A DNA stretch of 64,000 bases from an uncultured Acidobacteriota bacterium (GCA_963827655.1 CAWHCF010000050.1:32001-96000); one strand, 5' to 3'. Counted from the stretch's first letter, positions 48,574 through 59,574 are shown. Notes: a model not told the origin generated them from the sequence alone. Made by a program: numbers and translations.

Positions 48574-51500
48574 ATGAGAACGTATCGCCTTAGCTGTGGA
48601 ACCGTAATCCTGATTCTTGCCCTGGCGGCCACGCCGTGTCTCGCGCAGTTCACCACGGCGAACCTGGGAGGCACCGTCGTGGATGCGACCGGCGCTTCGA
48701 TGCCGCAGGCCAAGGTTACCGTGCTGAACCAGGACACCGGCTACACCAGAACCGATATGACCGCCCCGGACGGGGCGTTCTCGTTCCCGGCGCTGCCGGT
48801 CGGCACCTACCGGCTGACGGTGGAGCAGACGGGCTTTTCCACGTATGTGCAGGAAGGCATCACCCTGACGGTGAACCAGGTGGCCAGTCAAAAGGTGGTG
48901 TTGCAGGTGGGATCCACCGCGCAAGAAATCACCGTCCAGGCGAACGCGGCCATGGTCAACACCCAGTCGGCGACGATCAGCCAACTGGTGAGCCAGAAAC
49001 AGCTGACCGACCTGCCCCTCAACGGGCGCGGTGCGCAAGCGCTCGTTCTCATCGCCGTCGGTACCGTGGACGCGACGCGCGTTTCCGGGATCCTCGGTCA
49101 GGGCGGCATCTACGGAGGGAACCTGTATTCCAGCGAGCAGATGGCCGGCGTGAACGGCGGCGGCACCGGGAACGTGAATTACCAAATGGACGGATCCGGT
49201 CATAATGACACCTATGTGAACATGAACCTGCCCTTCCCTAACCCGGACGCGCTCCAGGAATTCAACCTGCAAACCACCAGCATGTCGGCCCAGTATGGCG
49301 GCGGCGCGGCGGTAGTGAACATCGTCGCCAAGTCGGGGACCAACTCGCTGCACGGCAGCGTTTTCGAATTCCTCCGCAATGGGGCGCTGAACGCGCGCAA
49401 TTTCTTCTCGCCCACGCAGGACACCCTGAAGCGCAACCAGTTCGGCGCCGCCGTCGGCGGTCCGATCAAGAAGGACCAGTTGTTCTTCTTCGCCACCTAC
49501 CAGGGCACGCGGATCCGGACGGCTCCCTCGGGTATCATCACGTTCGTGCCTACCGCGGCCGAGCGCAACGGCGATTTCTCCACCACCACGACGCCCCTGG
49601 TCGACCCCATCACCCGGACGCCGTTTCCTGGAAACCAGATTCCTGTGAGCCGGTTCAGCGGCCCGTCAAAGTACTTCCTGGAAAGGATTCCGCTGCCGAA
49701 CGGTCCGGGTACGCAGTTGACCTTCCTCGGTCCGGCATCCACGCCGAACGACGACCAGTTCATGCCCAAGATCGACTGGGTGCTCGGCAAACACAGTATC
49801 AGCGGGCGGTATTTCTATACCAAGTTCAAACAGCCGTCGGACTTCTCGCAAGTGAAGCAGAACCTCCTGGCAATGGACCGCAACGGCAACGAGGTGCGCA
49901 TCCAGACGGTGGCATTCAATCACACCTTTACCGCCTCTCCGACGCTCATTTTCCAGAGCTGGTTCGGCTTTGACTCGCAGGTGGGCGGCTCACGATCCGG
50001 CATCGAGCCCGGATCAGACATCACGTTCCCGGCGGCGGGAGTGAAGATCGAGGGAGGAGCGGAGGGGATTCCCCCGGCGATCGAAGGTCTGAGCGTTACC
50101 GGCTTCTTCAGCGCCGCCAGCAACCACTTCGGCGATTTCAACCGCGGCGACTGGACCATCCGCGAATCGGTGACCAAGGTGAGGGGCTCGCACGAGTTGA
50201 TCTTCGGAGGCGAGATAGTGCGGCTGCTGCAGGACATCACCAATACCAACACGCAGTCGGGGAGCTTTGGCTTTGGGGGCCGGTTCTCAGGGTCGAACAT
50301 GGCGGACTTCATGCTGGGTGCGGCGAGCACCTTCACGCAGGGCGCCGGGCAATATCAGAACATGCGGGGGACGAAGTACAGCCTGTTTGTGCAGGACAAC
50401 TGGCGCGTTAGCCCCAGGCTGACCTTGAACCTCGGCCTGCGCTGGGATCCGTTCTTTCCCTATACGGAAATCAATAACCGCGTGCCCTGTTTTGCTCCGG
50501 GACAGCAATCGACGGTGTACGTCAATGCGCCGGTGGGCATTCTCTACGGCGGCGATCCCGGATGTCCATGGGGAAAAGGAGCGAAGATGGAGGCCCTGAA
50601 CTTCGCCCCGCGCGCCGGATTCGCCTACCGCGTCGGCCAGAAAGCGGTGATCCGCGGCGGCGCCGGGATCTATTACATGATCCCGCCAAGCCGGATTTTC
50701 AACGGGCCAAACGGCGTCGCGCCGTTCATGCCTAGATACCAGTTGACCGCTAATCTCCGTTTTGAGGATCCCTACGGCAGCTTCGGCATGGCAAATCCGT
50801 TTCCGGCCGAGTACGTGGGCGACAGCGGCGCAAGCGTGCCCAAGGACGTCCCGATCACGGTCCCGACCCAGATCTACGGCTCGTTCACAGGCCTTTACCG
50901 GGTGACTTCGTTAGGCACATGGAACCTGACCGTGGAACGTGAGGTGGGGACCGACTGGCTGCTGAGCGCGGCTTACGTCGGCAGCGGCGGGTACCATCTG
51001 CCGGGAACCTACCAGATGAATCCAGCGACCTACATTCCCGGAGCGTCGACAGTAGGAAACACGCAATCGCGCCGTCCGTACCAGGGTTTTACGTCGGTGA
51101 GCCAGACCTATACCGACTTCAATTCGCAATACCACTCGCTCCAGTTGAACGTGGAGAAGCGATTCAGCAAGGGGCTGTCAGCGCTGGCCAATTACGCCTG
51201 GGCCAAAACCATGGACGACTTCGGGACCACGATTCCTCTCCTGGGACGTGAATTCCACCGCGCCGCGGCGAGTGAGCATGTCCCGCATATCTTCCACTTG
51301 ACGACGATCTGGGCTGTTCCCGCACCGGAGGCGCAGGGGTTCGTCGGCAGGCTGCTTCAGGGCTGGGAGCTGACCTCGCTCACCACCTGGCAGAACGGGT
51401 TCCCCTTCACCGTGGGGAGCGGAGTAGACAATTCCCTCAGCGCTGTAGGCGGCGACCGGGCCGATTTCATTGGCACCGATCTGAACCAGGCGAAGCTCAG

Positions 51501-51816
51501 CGGGCAATCGCATGGCGAGATGGTCAATCAGTACTTCGACACGGCGCTGTTCGCGGTCAACCCGATCGGCACGTTTGGCAACGCAGGAAGGAACAACCTG
51601 CGGGGGCCGAGTTACTTCAATACCGACCTGGGTATCATCAAGGACACAAGAATCACCGAAGATACCAGGCTGCAGTTTCGCGCCGAGTTCTTCAACCTGT
51701 TCAACAACGTCAACTTCAACAACCCCGGAACGACGGTCGGCACGCCGGCTTACGGGAAAATCACCTCGGCCCGGGATCCCCGGATCCTGCAATTTACGTT
51801 GAAGTTGATGTTCTAG
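48574..51816 (+). CDS. TonB-dependent receptor, Oar-like, with carboxypeptidase-regulatory N-domain
   Basis: Signal peptide; GTVVD.TGA; LPLNGR; P.PDALQEF; KSGTN..HGS.FEF.RN...NARNFF; QDNWR....LTLNLGLRW; QFRAEFFN.FN; PR.LQF.LK..F. Confidence 0.95.
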   Translation: MRTYRLSCGTVILILALAATPCLAQFTTANLGGTVVDATGASMPQAKVTVLNQDTGYTRTDMTAPDGAFSFPALPVGTYRLTVEQTGFSTYVQEGITLTVNQVASQKVVLQVGSTAQEITVQANAAMVNTQSATISQLVSQKQLTDLPLNGRGAQALVLIAVGTVDATRVSGILGQGGIYGGNLYSSEQMAGVNGGGTGNVNYQMDGSGHNDTYVNMNLPFPNPDALQEFNLQTTSMSAQYGGGAAVVNIVAKSGTNSLHGSVFEFLRNGALNARNFFSPTQDTLKRNQFGAAVGGPIKKDQLFFFATYQGTRIRTAPSGIITFVPTAAERNGDFSTTTTPLVDPITRTPFPGNQIPVSRFSGPSKYFLERIPLPNGPGTQLTFLGPASTPNDDQFMPKIDWVLGKHSISGRYFYTKFKQPSDFSQVKQNLLAMDRNGNEVRIQTVAFNHTFTASPTLIFQSWFGFDSQVGGSRSGIEPGSDITFPAAGVKIEGGAEGIPPAIEGLSVTGFFSAASNHFGDFNRGDWTIRESVTKVRGSHELIFGGEIVRLLQDITNTNTQSGSFGFGGRFSGSNMADFMLGAASTFTQGAGQYQNMRGTKYSLFVQDNWRVSPRLTLNLGLRWDPFFPYTEINNRVPCFAPGQQSTVYVNAPVGILYGGDPGCPWGKGAKMEALNFAPRAGFAYRVGQKAVIRGGAGIYYMIPPSRIFNGPNGVAPFMPRYQLTANLRFEDPYGSFGMANPFPAEYVGDSGASVPKDVPITVPTQIYGSFTGLYRVTSLGTWNLTVEREVGTDWLLSAAYVGSGGYHLPGTYQMNPATYIPGASTVGNTQSRRPYQGFTSVSQTYTDFNSQYHSLQLNVEKRFSKGLSALANYAWAKTMDDFGTTIPLLGREFHRAAASEHVPHIFHLTTIWAVPAPEAQGFVGRLLQGWELTSLTTWQNGFPFTVGSGVDNSLSAVGGDRADFIGTDLNQAKLSGQSHGEMVNQYFDTALFAVNPIGTFGNAGRNNLRGPSYFNTDLGIIKDTRITEDTRLQFRAEFFNLFNNVNFNNPGTTVGTPAYGKITSARDPRILQFTLKLMF

Positions 51817-51835
51817 GGTTCTTGGCGGTTCTGCC

Positions 51836-52001
51836 GAGTCTTTGAGTCCTGGTGGTTGGTTTTCGTTCACCGCGTTAACCACGAAGCCACGAAGACACAA
51901 AGAAACGCGAAGCGGCGTTTGGCTGCCACCAAATACTCGCCACGGATTCCACGAATTTTCACGAAATCTAAACTGGCTCCGTGAAATTCGTGTAATCCGT
52001 G
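51836..52001. repeat. Two adjacent REP-like palindromes (8-mer and 9-mer period)
   Basis: gagtctttgagtcctggtggtt...aaccacgaagccacgaagacac, then ccacggattccacgaattttcacgaa...ccgtgaaattcgtgtaatccgtg. Confidence 0.7.
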
Positions 52002-52054
52002 ACAGAAGCTTTCGCGCCACTGGACGTTGGAGTGATGAAGAACCGCGAGGATCG

Positions 52055-54049
52055 TTGCGCGATGTCCGCAGCAGAGCGGCAGGGGCCGTGCTGGTGTTAG
52101 CGTGTGCCGCCTACGTGTCGGGTCAGACGGAGTCGAGACAGCTCGTCCCGATGCTCGAAGAGCAGATCCAAACTCCGGAGGTGACTGCGTACCAGTTGCG
52201 GCGTTTTGTCCTGAACAGGATTGCGAAGCTCCCTGCGCCGGCGTCCCCCGGGCAGTGGACGGCCGAGGCGAAGCAGTTACGCCAGCGCGTTTTGAACGAG
52301 GTCGTGTTTCACGGCTGGCCCAAGGAATGGGTTGACGCGGCGCCGCGGTTCGAGGATATGGGCTCGATTCCCACCGGCAAGGGTTACCGGATCCGCAAGT
52401 TGCGCTACGAGATCGTGCCCGGGTTTGCGAGCACCGCCATCCTCTATGAGCCCGAAGTGATGAAGGGCAAGGTTCCGGCCATCTTGAATGTCAACGGACA
52501 CGTAGGGGCGCCAGGCAAGGCGGTCGAATACAAGCAAAAACGGTGCATCAATCAAGCCCTGAGTGGAATCATCGCGTTGAACCTGGAATGGCTGGGCTGC
52601 GGCGAATTGTTCCAGAAGGGAAACGAGCACGCATTCGGCGCCCATCTGGATCTTGCGGGCGCCAACGCGGTCGGCCTCTTCTATCTCGCAATGCGAAAAG
52701 GTCTGGACTATCTGTATCAGCACCCTGCCGTCGACCGAGACCGCATCGGCATGACTGGTTTGTCCGGAGGCGGATGGCAGACCATCGTGCTGAGCGCGCT
52801 GGATGAACGGATCAACACTGCGGTACCCGTGGCCGGCCACGCGTCGTTCTTGTCGCGCCTGGAACGCGCGACCGACATCGGCGACATCGAGCAGAACCCC
52901 ACCGACATGTTCGCCTCGATCGACTACGCCCATCTGGCCGCCATGCGGGCGCCACGTCCCACCCTGCTCATCTACAACGCCGAGGACAATTGTTGCTTCC
53001 GCGCGGCGTTCGTCAAGCGCGAAAACTTCGACGCCGTGCTTCCTTTTTTCCGGCTCTTCGGCCGGGAAGACAGTCTGGCCTGGCATGAAAACACCGACCC
53101 CTCCGATCACAATTATCAGCTCGACAACCGGCTCCAATCCTATCGATTCTTCGGGAAGCACTTCGGGCTTCCGGCAGCGAGCGAGGAGATTCCTGCGGGG
53201 GCCGAGGTCAAGAGTTTCGAGGAGCTGGCGGTCGGACTTCCTGATGGGAACCTTACCATTATCGACCTCGCCAGGAAGCTGGCGGAAAGAGGAGTAAGGG
53301 CGGTGGATTCATCCGGCGAGCCTGCGCTTCGCGAATGGCGCGAGCGGCAGAGCAAACTTTTGAAGGAGACCGTGCGGTTCCGGCCAGTCGAACTCGAGCG
53401 GGCCTGGATCGCGGGCAATACCAAACGAAAGGGGCTCGAGACCCTTTCTTACCGCCTGGAGTTCAACAACGGACTGAGCGCGGCAGGAACCTGGTCAAAG
53501 GCGATTGCATCCCCGGAGCGCGCGCCGGTCACCATCGTGATCGCCGATGGCGGGAGAAAAACTTCCTCGGCAGAGGTCTCGGCCCGCGTGAATCGTGGCG
53601 AACAGGTTCTGGCGCTCGACGTACTGTTCACGGGCGAAATGGTGCCCGGGCCAAGAGCCTCGGGTTTCGTCAATCTTTTCGCCACCCTTGGTGAGCGAGC
53701 CCTGGGCATTCAGGCGGCGCAACTCATAGCGGCCGGCCAATGGATGAGGACGCTTTCCGGTCAGGGTAATGTCAGGATCGAAGCTTCAGGAATGAGAACC
53801 CAGGTGATTGCGCTGACGGCGGCTGCGCTGGGACCCGGAGTCTTTTCGGAGGTTCTGGTCAGGAACGGCATTCAGTCGCTGCGACATTTGTTCGATGCCC
53901 CGGTGGAGCCCCGCGCCGCCCCTGAACTGTTCTGCCTCGACCTCTACAAGGGGTTCGACATTGATGCGCTGACGAAGCTGTCGTCGCCACCGATCGTCCG
54001 CGCGGAGCCGGCACACACCGCACCAAAATCCGGTGCAAAGCAGCAATAA
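52055..54049 (+). CDS. Secreted alpha/beta hydrolase (acetylxylan esterase-like)
   Basis: PAILNVNGH, LDYL...P.VDRDRIGMTGLSGGG (nucleophile elbow), APRP.L, HNY. Start uncertain (in-frame TTG at 52055). Confidence 0.85.
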   Translation: MRDVRSRAAGAVLVLACAAYVSGQTESRQLVPMLEEQIQTPEVTAYQLRRFVLNRIAKLPAPASPGQWTAEAKQLRQRVLNEVVFHGWPKEWVDAAPRFEDMGSIPTGKGYRIRKLRYEIVPGFASTAILYEPEVMKGKVPAILNVNGHVGAPGKAVEYKQKRCINQALSGIIALNLEWLGCGELFQKGNEHAFGAHLDLAGANAVGLFYLAMRKGLDYLYQHPAVDRDRIGMTGLSGGGWQTIVLSALDERINTAVPVAGHASFLSRLERATDIGDIEQNPTDMFASIDYAHLAAMRAPRPTLLIYNAEDNCCFRAAFVKRENFDAVLPFFRLFGREDSLAWHENTDPSDHNYQLDNRLQSYRFFGKHFGLPAASEEIPAGAEVKSFEELAVGLPDGNLTIIDLARKLAERGVRAVDSSGEPALREWRERQSKLLKETVRFRPVELERAWIAGNTKRKGLETLSYRLEFNNGLSAAGTWSKAIASPERAPVTIVIADGGRKTSSAEVSARVNRGEQVLALDVLFTGEMVPGPRASGFVNLFATLGERALGIQAAQLIAAGQWMRTLSGQGNVRIEASGMRTQVIALTAAALGPGVFSEVLVRNGIQSLRHLFDAPVEPRAAPELFCLDLYKGFDIDALTKLSSPPIVRAEPAHTAPKSGAKQQ

Positions 54050-54080
54050 CCACGAAGACGCGAAGGATTGGCATTTCAGA

Positions 54081-55136
54081 TTAACGACTTCGGACCACCG
54101 TGATCCGTCCCGGTTCGCCTGATTCTATACGACCAATTACTGCTGCCTTTACCTCGGCATTGCCAAACGCGTCGAGCATGGCCCCAGCGTTCTCAGCCGC
54201 CACCGCTGCCAGCAATCCACCAGAGGTTTGCGCATCGGCGAGTATCAATTGATCTTCCTTGCCAAGGCTCTCTTCATAACTCACCCAATCCGCAAGAAAC
54301 CTCAGGTTCGCGTGCGTCCCGCCGGGCGCGATGCCTTCGCGCACATATTTCCAGGCGGCGGGCAAGACAGGCACATCCTCCAGCCATACCTGCGCGCTCA
54401 CGTGGCTGGCGGCCGTCATGTTCCGCAAGTGGCCCAGCAGGCCGAATCCGGTCACGTCCGTCAGCGCATGTGCGCCGATCGCAGTGATAACTTCGGCCGC
54501 CTTGCGGTTGAGCGTGGTCATGAGTTCCGTTGCTTCACGAACGGCGCCGAGTTTGTCCTCGCCGAGCTTGGCGGCGGTGACGATAATCCCTATGCCGAGC
54601 GGCTTGGTCAGGATCAGGAGATCTCCCGGCTTTGCCCCGGCATTCGTGATCATGCGCTGCGGGTGAACCGTACCGACCACCGCAAGCCCGTAGATCGGCT
54701 CTTCGGTCTTGATGGTATGACCGCCGACAATGTCGATCCCGGCTTCGTGCGCTTTCGCCGCCGCGCCGCGCAGGATTTCGCCCAGGACGACAGGAGGCAG
54801 CGCATTTTCAGGGAAACCGACCAGGTTCAATGCGGCCAGAGGCCGCCCGCCCATCGCGTAAACATCGCTCAACGCATTGGCAGCTGCCACTGCCCCGAAA
54901 TCATACGGATGATCCACGATCGGTGTGAAAAAATCCGTGGTCAACACCAACGCGAGTTCGTCACTCAACTTGTAGACCGCGGCATCATCGGCAGTAGCGC
55001 TGCCTACGAGTACGTTCGGGTCAGTGAGGCCAGGCAGTGTGCCGAGGAGGGGCAGGAGATAACCGGGCGGGTGCTTCGCCGCGCAGCCACCGCGCTTCGC
55101 CAGTTGCGTCAATCTGATCTCATCGAATTCTGTCAT
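54081..55136 (-). CDS. selD: Selenide, water dikinase (Cys form)
   Basis: LTQL...GGCAAK, DDAAVY, TTDFFTPIVD.P, ANALSDVYAMGG, GGHT, LTKPLG.G, TDVTGFGLLGH and D.QTSGGLL. Confidence 0.96.
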   Translation of the reverse strand: MTEFDEIRLTQLAKRGGCAAKHPPGYLLPLLGTLPGLTDPNVLVGSATADDAAVYKLSDELALVLTTDFFTPIVDHPYDFGAVAAANALSDVYAMGGRPLAALNLVGFPENALPPVVLGEILRGAAAKAHEAGIDIVGGHTIKTEEPIYGLAVVGTVHPQRMITNAGAKPGDLLILTKPLGIGIIVTAAKLGEDKLGAVREATELMTTLNRKAAEVITAIGAHALTDVTGFGLLGHLRNMTAASHVSAQVWLEDVPVLPAAWKYVREGIAPGGTHANLRFLADWVSYEESLGKEDQLILADAQTSGGLLAAVAAENAGAMLDAFGNAEVKAAVIGRIESGEPGRITVVRSR

Positions 55137-55256
55137 CGTCTGGTATCCTTGCAGATAGGATGGAAATCTTGCCCCGGCGATGCCGGGCGATCCTTAAAGC
55201 GAATCAGTCGGTGAGATCCGATTCAGAGCCAGGTTGAAATTCCTATGCGGGGCGGC

Positions 55257-55667
55257 TTACTCGGCAGTGAAATTCGCGCGCAGAGTCAGCTTGAATGTCC
55301 GACGCTCAGGATCATTCGTGGTGACATCGGCGGTCTTCTCGACTTCGCCCTTGTACCCGGCGGTGTCTTCGATCTTGAGGGTGATGCTGCCTTCTTTGCC
55401 CGGAGATACGACTTTGTCAAAGTTAGCCGCAGTGCAGCCACAGCCCGGTCTGACATTCTTGATCTCCAGGTCGGCCTGGCCGTCATTGCGAATTTTAAAG
55501 GTGTGAGTCAACGGCGTTCCCGGTTTGACATTCCCGAACGAATGCTCCGGCGCTGCGATCACGAGCTTCGGCCCGGCAGGAGAAGCCTTGGCCGGTTGTT
55601 CGAGAGTTATGATTGAAAACATTCCGAGCAACGAGGCCAGCAGCATCAAGGTGCCTTCAGTTTTCAT
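55257..55667 (-). CDS. DUF1573 domain protein
   Basis: FG.V..G....HTF.I.N.G...L.I..V.PGCGCT and V.TNDP; signal peptide; GAGGAGG RBS. Confidence 0.88.
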   Translation of the reverse strand: MKTEGTLMLLASLLGMFSIITLEQPAKASPAGPKLVIAAPEHSFGNVKPGTPLTHTFKIRNDGQADLEIKNVRPGCGCTAANFDKVVSPGKEGSITLKIEDTAGYKGEVEKTADVTTNDPERRTFKLTLRANFTAE

Positions 55668-56138
55668 TTGGACCTCCTCAAAACCCCCTCGCGTTAATAA
55701 TCCGCGATCTCAAAAACAAACAATAACTTTCGGGATACGATCAGCTCTACTGTCTGTTCAGCATCTCCAAGTACGTAACAAATTCTACCTCAGGGAAAAG
55801 GCCACAGTTGTGAAATTCTCAGAAAAGTCCTGGTCGGGGACGCCCAGAATGTCAGCTGGAATTGAGTGCGCCGATACCGAATCATTTGCAGGGCATTTTG
55901 TTTGAACGCAGGGAACGCCTTACCAGCCGATATTGTTTTGGCGTAAAATCCCGATTTGCTGATCGGTCATCGGGGACTCTGGACCGTTGCCGATGGGTCG
56001 ATCTACCTAAAAACTATTCTCTCTTGTTAGTGATGATCTGTATCGATTACCTCATGTATTACTTGAATGAAGTCGCAAGCCCCTTCCAGCCGGCAGGAGC
56101 ACACGCCTGGCCTGTTTCTTTATCAACGGAGGTCTGTC

Positions 56139-58175
56139 ATGTTCAAGAGAACGATCATTCAACTGATCTTCACTTTCACGTTGGTCCTGACAGCAAATGC
56201 GCAGAAGCGCATACCGGCGGTTGACGATCTGATCAATGTCAAATCTCTCTCGGGCGCGCAGATTTCGCCTGACGGAAAATGGGTCGTCTATACGGTCGAT
56301 GAGACGGACTGGAAGCAGGACGCTTATATCACTCACCTATGGCTGGCCAACGCGGCAACGGGAAGGACTCTTCAACTCACGCGAGGCGAGAAATCCTGCA
56401 GTTCTCCGCGATGGTCTCCTGACAGCGCCTGGATTGCCTTCACGAGCAATCGCATCGGGGACAAAAACCAGATCTTCATTATCCATCCCGATGGCGGCGA
56501 AGCGATTCAATTAACCAAAGTCGAGAATGGGGTCAACTCCTACGCCTGGTCTTACGACGGCCGCGAGATTGCTTTTGCATCGAACGACATTGACTCCAAG
56601 ACTTCCAAGGAGCGCAAGGAACATCTCGGTGACTTTGAAGTTGTGCGGAAGGAGTACAACCACTCGCAGATCTGGACCTTCGCATTAGCCGAGGCTCTGA
56701 AGGCGCCTGTCACCGGCACGCAGCGCACCAAGGGGAAAGATTTGAGTGTCGGTTCGTTCTCATGGGCGCCGGATGGGAAACGGATTGCCTTCAGCGCGAC
56801 GATCAATCCGGATTTTATAAATAACGCAACCTCGGACATCTACCTGCTGAACCTCTCGGATAATTCGATCAAAGAATTGGTTGCGCAGCCCGGTCCGGAT
56901 AGCAATCCGCGCTGGTCTCCTGATGGCAAACAGATTGTATTTTCTTCAGCCATGGGAAATCCCAGGTTCTTTCACGCCAATTCGCGGCTCGCGGTTATTT
57001 CGATTGATGGCGGCACACCGAGATCCGTCACGGATGCTTTCGATGAACAACCGGGATTTGTCGAATGGAATGCCGACGGTATTTACTTCGGTGGTTTGCA
57101 GAAGACCGCCGCCCACCTTTTTCATACCGATCCGGCGACGGGCAAGATCAAGCGTGTCACCTCTCCCGATAACCTGATGGCCGGGGGATTCTCCTTCACC
57201 AAAGACGGGAAACAGATCGCTTTCACCGCAGCCTCGCCGAACTCCGTCAACGAGGTCTACATCGCATCAATCACGAGTTTTTCGCCGCGCAAACTGACCT
57301 CGATGACCGATCTGGTCAAAGATTTTTTGATTGGATCGCGCGAAATCATTTCGTGGCAGAGCAAGGACGGCGCGACCATCGAAGGTGTATTGATCAAACC
57401 CGCCGACTTCGATCCATCAAAGAAGTATCCGTTGCTTTGCATTATCCACGGCGGCCCGACCGGAATTGACCGTCCGGCGTTGCTCGATACGCGTTATTAC
57501 CCTTCGGAGATCTGGGCCAGTCGCGGTGGATTGATCTTGAAGGTGAACTATCGTGGCAGCGCAGGGTATGGCGAAAAATTTCGTCAGCTCAACGTGCGTA
57601 ACCTGGGCGTTGGCGATGCGTGGGACGTCTTGTCCGGCGTCGATCATCTGATCAACCAGGGGTGGGTCGACCCGAAGCGCGTGGGCTGCATGGGCTGGAG
57701 TCAGGGTGGATACATCTCGGCTTTTCTGACTACCTCGACCGACCGCTTCGCGGCGATATCGGTCGGCGCCGGGATTTCAAACTGGGCGACCTACTACTAC
57801 AACACCGACATCACTCCCTTTACCATCCAGTACCTCGGCAATAACCCCGCCGAAGACGGGGAAATTTATGCCAAGACCTCGCCGATGACCTACATCAAAA
57901 AGGCCAAGACTCCGACTCTGATACAACACGGCGAGTTCGACAAGCGCGTGCCGATACCGAACGCTTACGAACTGCGACAGGGACTGGAAGATCGCGGAGT
58001 GAAAGTCGAGATGATCGTCTACAAGGGCTTCGGGCACGGCATCAACAAACCTAAAGCGATGCGTTCAGTCATTCAGCATAACCTGGCATGGTTCAATCAT
58101 TATCTCTGGGGCGATCCATTGCCAGATTTCAGCAAACCCGAAGTGCCCAAGAAGGAAGAGGAACGGAGTCCATGA
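56139..58175 (+). CDS. S9 family peptidase (acylaminoacyl/dipeptidyl aminopeptidase-like)
   Basis: WSPDG propeller repeats; YPL...IHGGP; NYRGS.GYG; GWSQGG; HG..D.RV; GHG. Confidence 0.95.
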   Translation: MFKRTIIQLIFTFTLVLTANAQKRIPAVDDLINVKSLSGAQISPDGKWVVYTVDETDWKQDAYITHLWLANAATGRTLQLTRGEKSCSSPRWSPDSAWIAFTSNRIGDKNQIFIIHPDGGEAIQLTKVENGVNSYAWSYDGREIAFASNDIDSKTSKERKEHLGDFEVVRKEYNHSQIWTFALAEALKAPVTGTQRTKGKDLSVGSFSWAPDGKRIAFSATINPDFINNATSDIYLLNLSDNSIKELVAQPGPDSNPRWSPDGKQIVFSSAMGNPRFFHANSRLAVISIDGGTPRSVTDAFDEQPGFVEWNADGIYFGGLQKTAAHLFHTDPATGKIKRVTSPDNLMAGGFSFTKDGKQIAFTAASPNSVNEVYIASITSFSPRKLTSMTDLVKDFLIGSREIISWQSKDGATIEGVLIKPADFDPSKKYPLLCIIHGGPTGIDRPALLDTRYYPSEIWASRGGLILKVNYRGSAGYGEKFRQLNVRNLGVGDAWDVLSGVDHLINQGWVDPKRVGCMGWSQGGYISAFLTTSTDRFAAISVGAGISNWATYYYNTDITPFTIQYLGNNPAEDGEIYAKTSPMTYIKKAKTPTLIQHGEFDKRVPIPNAYELRQGLEDRGVKVEMIVYKGFGHGINKPKAMRSVIQHNLAWFNHYLWGDPLPDFSKPEVPKKEEERSP

Positions 58176-58432
58176 GGCCGGGTAGCGATCATGGCGGTGC
58201 CCGCAATCCGCCGAAATCCAGGCTTGGGGCAAGGCCCTGAGAGTGCTTGTTCGCGACCGAATGTCACGCGGGTTCCGGCTTGGAGCAATCGCGATGCCTG
58301 GGCTCGATCAATCGCTCCCGGTCGGCTTATCAAGAGCTGCGGCGGCTGGCGAGGCCGGCGGCACGGGAGCTTCCGGACACGCTCCAGGCGCGGCCTGGCG
58401 GCGGCCGGTCCGTGCCGCCGCTGATCAGAAAC

Positions 58433-58868
58433 CTACAATGACGTGACGCGCAGGCGGCGATGCATGACGTAGAAAGCGATCCAGAAGCCAATTGCCGCGA
58501 CAAGACTGAAGCCCGCCACTACCGGCGCATCGCTCCACATAGACCATCTGATCTTTTCAGTGTCCTCCGAACCGGACAGGCGGATCACGAAGGAAAACGG
58601 CAGCATCGTGAAGAACATCGCCAAAGCCCATCAGCCAACTTCGAAGTCTAATCATTTTTTTTGTCCTTTCGAGAGTTTTGATTTCATGTTCCGCCGGCAA
58701 CTCCACCGGGAGCGCGTCAAACGGCATCCGGGTCCCTTCGGAAACCTCGCGGCCAAACTCCGGATCCTGCTTCAGAAATTCCTCGACCAGCCTTTTCGTG
58801 TCGCTGCTTGCTTCCCCCGCTTGATAGAGAGGGATGAGGTCGCGTATCACATCGCGGGTAATTTTCAT
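58433..58868 (-). CDS. Membrane-bound anti-sigma factor (degenerate zf-HC2; frameshift near 58620)
   Basis: VI.DL.PLY..GEAS..T..LVEE.L; two TM segments continue in the 58433 frame; directly downstream of the ECF sigma gene. Confidence 0.8.
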
Positions 58869-58883
58869 CTCCGCCTCCTCGTT

Positions 58884-59354
58884 CTAGGCTCCAATCGCGG
58901 CTAACTTGAGCCGAGCCCTGTGAATCTTCACCTTGACGGCAGCCAGCGACAGGCCCAGCACTGCGGCGATCTGCTGATACGAAAGTCCATCATCGGCCCG
59001 CAACAACAGGGCGCTGCGATCCACTTCAGGCAGCTCCTGCAGGGCCCTCAGGACCAGGCCAAGCCGTTCCTTTTGTGCTGCCGCCAGCTCAAGATCGGGT
59101 GACGGTGAGGCTATCGCGTCGCTGAGTTCCGTGGCCCGCGCGCGCCGCCTGCATTCCTTCAGATATAGATTGCGAGCGATTGTCAGAAGGTAGCCCTTCA
59201 CCGTCTCGGTACGAATCGGCTCGGGACTGTTCAGACATAACATGAACGTTTCCGACGTGATGTCCTGCGCCAGCGCCGGGTCACCCGACAGGTAGAGCGC
59301 AAAGCGATAAACGTCCCGGGCGTATCGTTGGTAAAGATCGGAGAAGCTGATCAT
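58884..59354 (-). CDS. ECF RNA polymerase sigma factor
   Basis: F..LY..Y...VYRFA; A.D...ETF; L.TIARN; GLSY..IA..LG.S...VK..IHRAR. Confidence 0.93.
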   Translation of the reverse strand: MISFSDLYQRYARDVYRFALYLSGDPALAQDITSETFMLCLNSPEPIRTETVKGYLLTIARNLYLKECRRRARATELSDAIASPSPDLELAAAQKERLGLVLRALQELPEVDRSALLLRADDGLSYQQIAAVLGLSLAAVKVKIHRARLKLAAIGA

Positions 59355-59410
59355 GGCCGCTCTTCACGTTGTTACATAGACAATAGCCGGAAGGGACGGA
59401 AAAGTTACAG

Positions 59411-59574
59411 CAATGACAAAGGACTAAACCATTGGTCATTTTTCATTTGTCATTTTTCATGTTGTCGATTCGCTGGATGGCGCGATATTGATGCCATGCC
59501 CGAATGCAGATACCAAGAAATGACCAATGACATGCAATGAAGTACAATGACCAATGATCCAATGACCAATGACA
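59411..59574. repeat. Inverted arrays of 7-mer repeats (AATGAC[C/A])
   Basis: attggtcatttttcatttgtcatttttcat ... aaatgaccaatgacatgcaatga...caatgaccaatgatccaatgaccaatgac. Related tracts at 61217-61252 and 37372-37500. Confidence 0.7.

Noticed and set aside
58219-58237. Resemblance (caggcttggggcaaggccc) to the rifamycin-associated element as I recall it
   Set aside because: It lies between convergent gene ends, 39 kb from the glycosyltransferase, with mismatches; probably chance.
59377-59409. ECF autoregulatory promoter TGTAAC...GTCTA on the minus strand
   Set aside because: The spacer is about 22 bp, too long for a typical ECF promoter.
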